Source: an uncultured Fibrobacteraceae bacterium (GTDB lineage Bacteria > Krumholzibacteriota > Krumholzibacteriia > LZORAL124-64-63). Taken from it: DNA of 14,044 bases. This document shows positions 13,661-14,044 of this stretch, in pieces. A program made the position numbers and the translations under genes. The notes beneath the pieces were generated by a model, which worked only from the letters and a program-made list of their open reading frames with translations, ran no database searches and was not told the DNA's origin. The stretch spans positions 113,738 through 127,781 of the forward strand of contig CAYTEO010000004.1 in the NCBI GenBank assembly GCA_964436825.1, read 5' to 3'. Numbering within the stretch: the first letter of the stretch is position 1; each line of letters starts with the position of its first letter.

Positions 13661-14044
13661 CAGTCACCTCCGTCGCCGCTCGGGTGGCACCGGTAGCACT
13701 CCGAACTCCGGTAGACGTACCCCCCCACTTCCCGGTGATCGCGGTCGGTGTCGGTCTGGTTGTGCTCGTGGCAGAGGATGCACTCGAAGACCTGGTAGTC
13801 GGTGGGGCTGACGTGGCAGTCGGTGCAGGTGTCCCACTCGCCCCGGTGCGATCCGGAGTAGATGGGGAAGAGGCCGTCGTGGTCCCAGTCGGCCGGCCGC
13901 CAGGCCCTGGTGGCGTGGCAGGCGGCGCAGTCGGTCGGGAATCCCGACGCCGTGTGGTCCGGGTCGATCGTCGCGTCGTAGTCGGCCTGGTGGCACCCGA
14001 AGCAGTCGCTCGGCGTGCCGGCGTAGCCCTGGGCGTGGCAGGCG
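13660..14044 (-). CDS. Multiheme c-type cytochrome, C-terminal 128 aa (5'-partial; continues beyond the window edge)
   Basis: This reading frame is not in the supplied ORF track because it has no in-window start. Translating the minus strand from 14043 gives A-CHAQGYAGTPSDCFGCHQADYDATIDPDHTASGFPTDCAACHATRAWRPADWDHDGLFPIYSGSHRGEWDTCTDCHVSPTDYQVFECILCHEHNQTDTDRDHREVGGYVYRSSECYRCHPSGDGGD*. It contains five complete CXXCH motifs (CFGCH, CAACH, CTDCH, CILCH, CYRCH) and a sixth that is truncated at the window edge. The stop is TGA at 13662-13660. Confidence 0.8.
   Translation of the reverse strand, partial: ACHAQGYAGTPSDCFGCHQADYDATIDPDHTASGFPTDCAACHATRAWRPADWDHDGLFPIYSGSHRGEWDTCTDCHVSPTDYQVFECILCHEHNQTDTDRDHREVGGYVYRSSECYRCHPSGDGGD

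Noticed and set aside
11399-13696. 765-aa plus-strand ORF
   Set aside because: It is antisense to the outer-membrane protein and Fe-S flavoprotein genes, has a Pro/Ala/Gly-rich low-complexity composition, and shows no motifs.
13664-13996. 110-aa minus-strand ORF from the track at the right edge
   Set aside because: It is in the wrong frame. The real gene here is the multiheme cytochrome c in the frame whose stop is at 13660-13662, and the track ORF is an Arg/Pro-rich overlap artefact.
13685-14008. Two TGGCAC hexamers (about 13685 and 13991) as possible sigma-54 -24 elements
   Set aside because: Neither has a GC or TTGC -12 element at the required 10-11 nt spacing. Both lie inside the cytochrome coding sequence.
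1-14044. Mobile elements, CRISPR arrays, tRNA/rRNA, integrases, toxin-antitoxin or restriction-modification genes
   Set aside because: I found none. The window has no terminal inverted repeats flanking a transposase-like ORF, no regularly spaced direct repeats, and no cloverleaf-compatible intergenic segment. The intergenic regions are 15-215 bp and are accounted for by promoters and terminators.

Overview
This is a dense, high-GC bacterial chromosomal segment (roughly 70% G+C by eye), with 17 protein-coding genes supported and all but two on the minus strand. I found no tRNA or rRNA gene, no CRISPR array and no IS or transposon signature.

Gene order, left to right:
- KamA-family radical-SAM aminomutase.
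- TcdA (tRNA t6A dehydratase).
- TatD-family hydrolase.
- YycJ-like metallo-beta-lactamase (MBL) fold hydrolase.
- A compositionally atypical alkaline-phosphatase-superfamily phosphodiesterase-like gene.
- Thioredoxin trxA. It carries a near-consensus sigma-54 -24/-12 promoter, and a 13-bp palindrome lies about 95 bp upstream of that promoter.
- A divergently transcribed sigma-54 enhancer-binding protein (EBP; PAS, AAA+ with GAFTGA, HTH). It is translationally coupled to an unknown single-pass membrane protein.
- A three-gene minus-strand operon: SPFH/band-7 protein, YdbS-like two-TM plus bacterial-PH protein, and an Arc-type ribbon-helix-helix regulator. Its sigma-70-like promoter is overlapped by tandem 11-bp direct repeats that look like an operator.
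- A clean intrinsic terminator.
- Peptidase T (pepT).
- An operon containing a membrane-anchored fusion of a 2x[4Fe-4S] ferredoxin to a thioredoxin-reductase-type flavoprotein with no CxxC, then an outer-membrane beta-barrel protein, then the C-terminal end of a multiheme c-type cytochrome.

The cytochrome has at least 6 CXXCH motifs in 128 residues, runs off the right edge of the window and is absent from the supplied ORF track.

The candidate new systems I would follow up are the cytochrome / beta-barrel / Fe-S flavoprotein cluster (possibly a porin-cytochrome electron conduit with its own NAD(P)H input), the autoregulated SPFH-bPH-Arc module, and the sigma-54/PAS-EBP-controlled thioredoxin and hydrolase string.

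Many long ORFs in the supplied track are out-of-frame or antisense artefacts of the high GC. Several true genes had to be trimmed from spurious N-terminal extensions.
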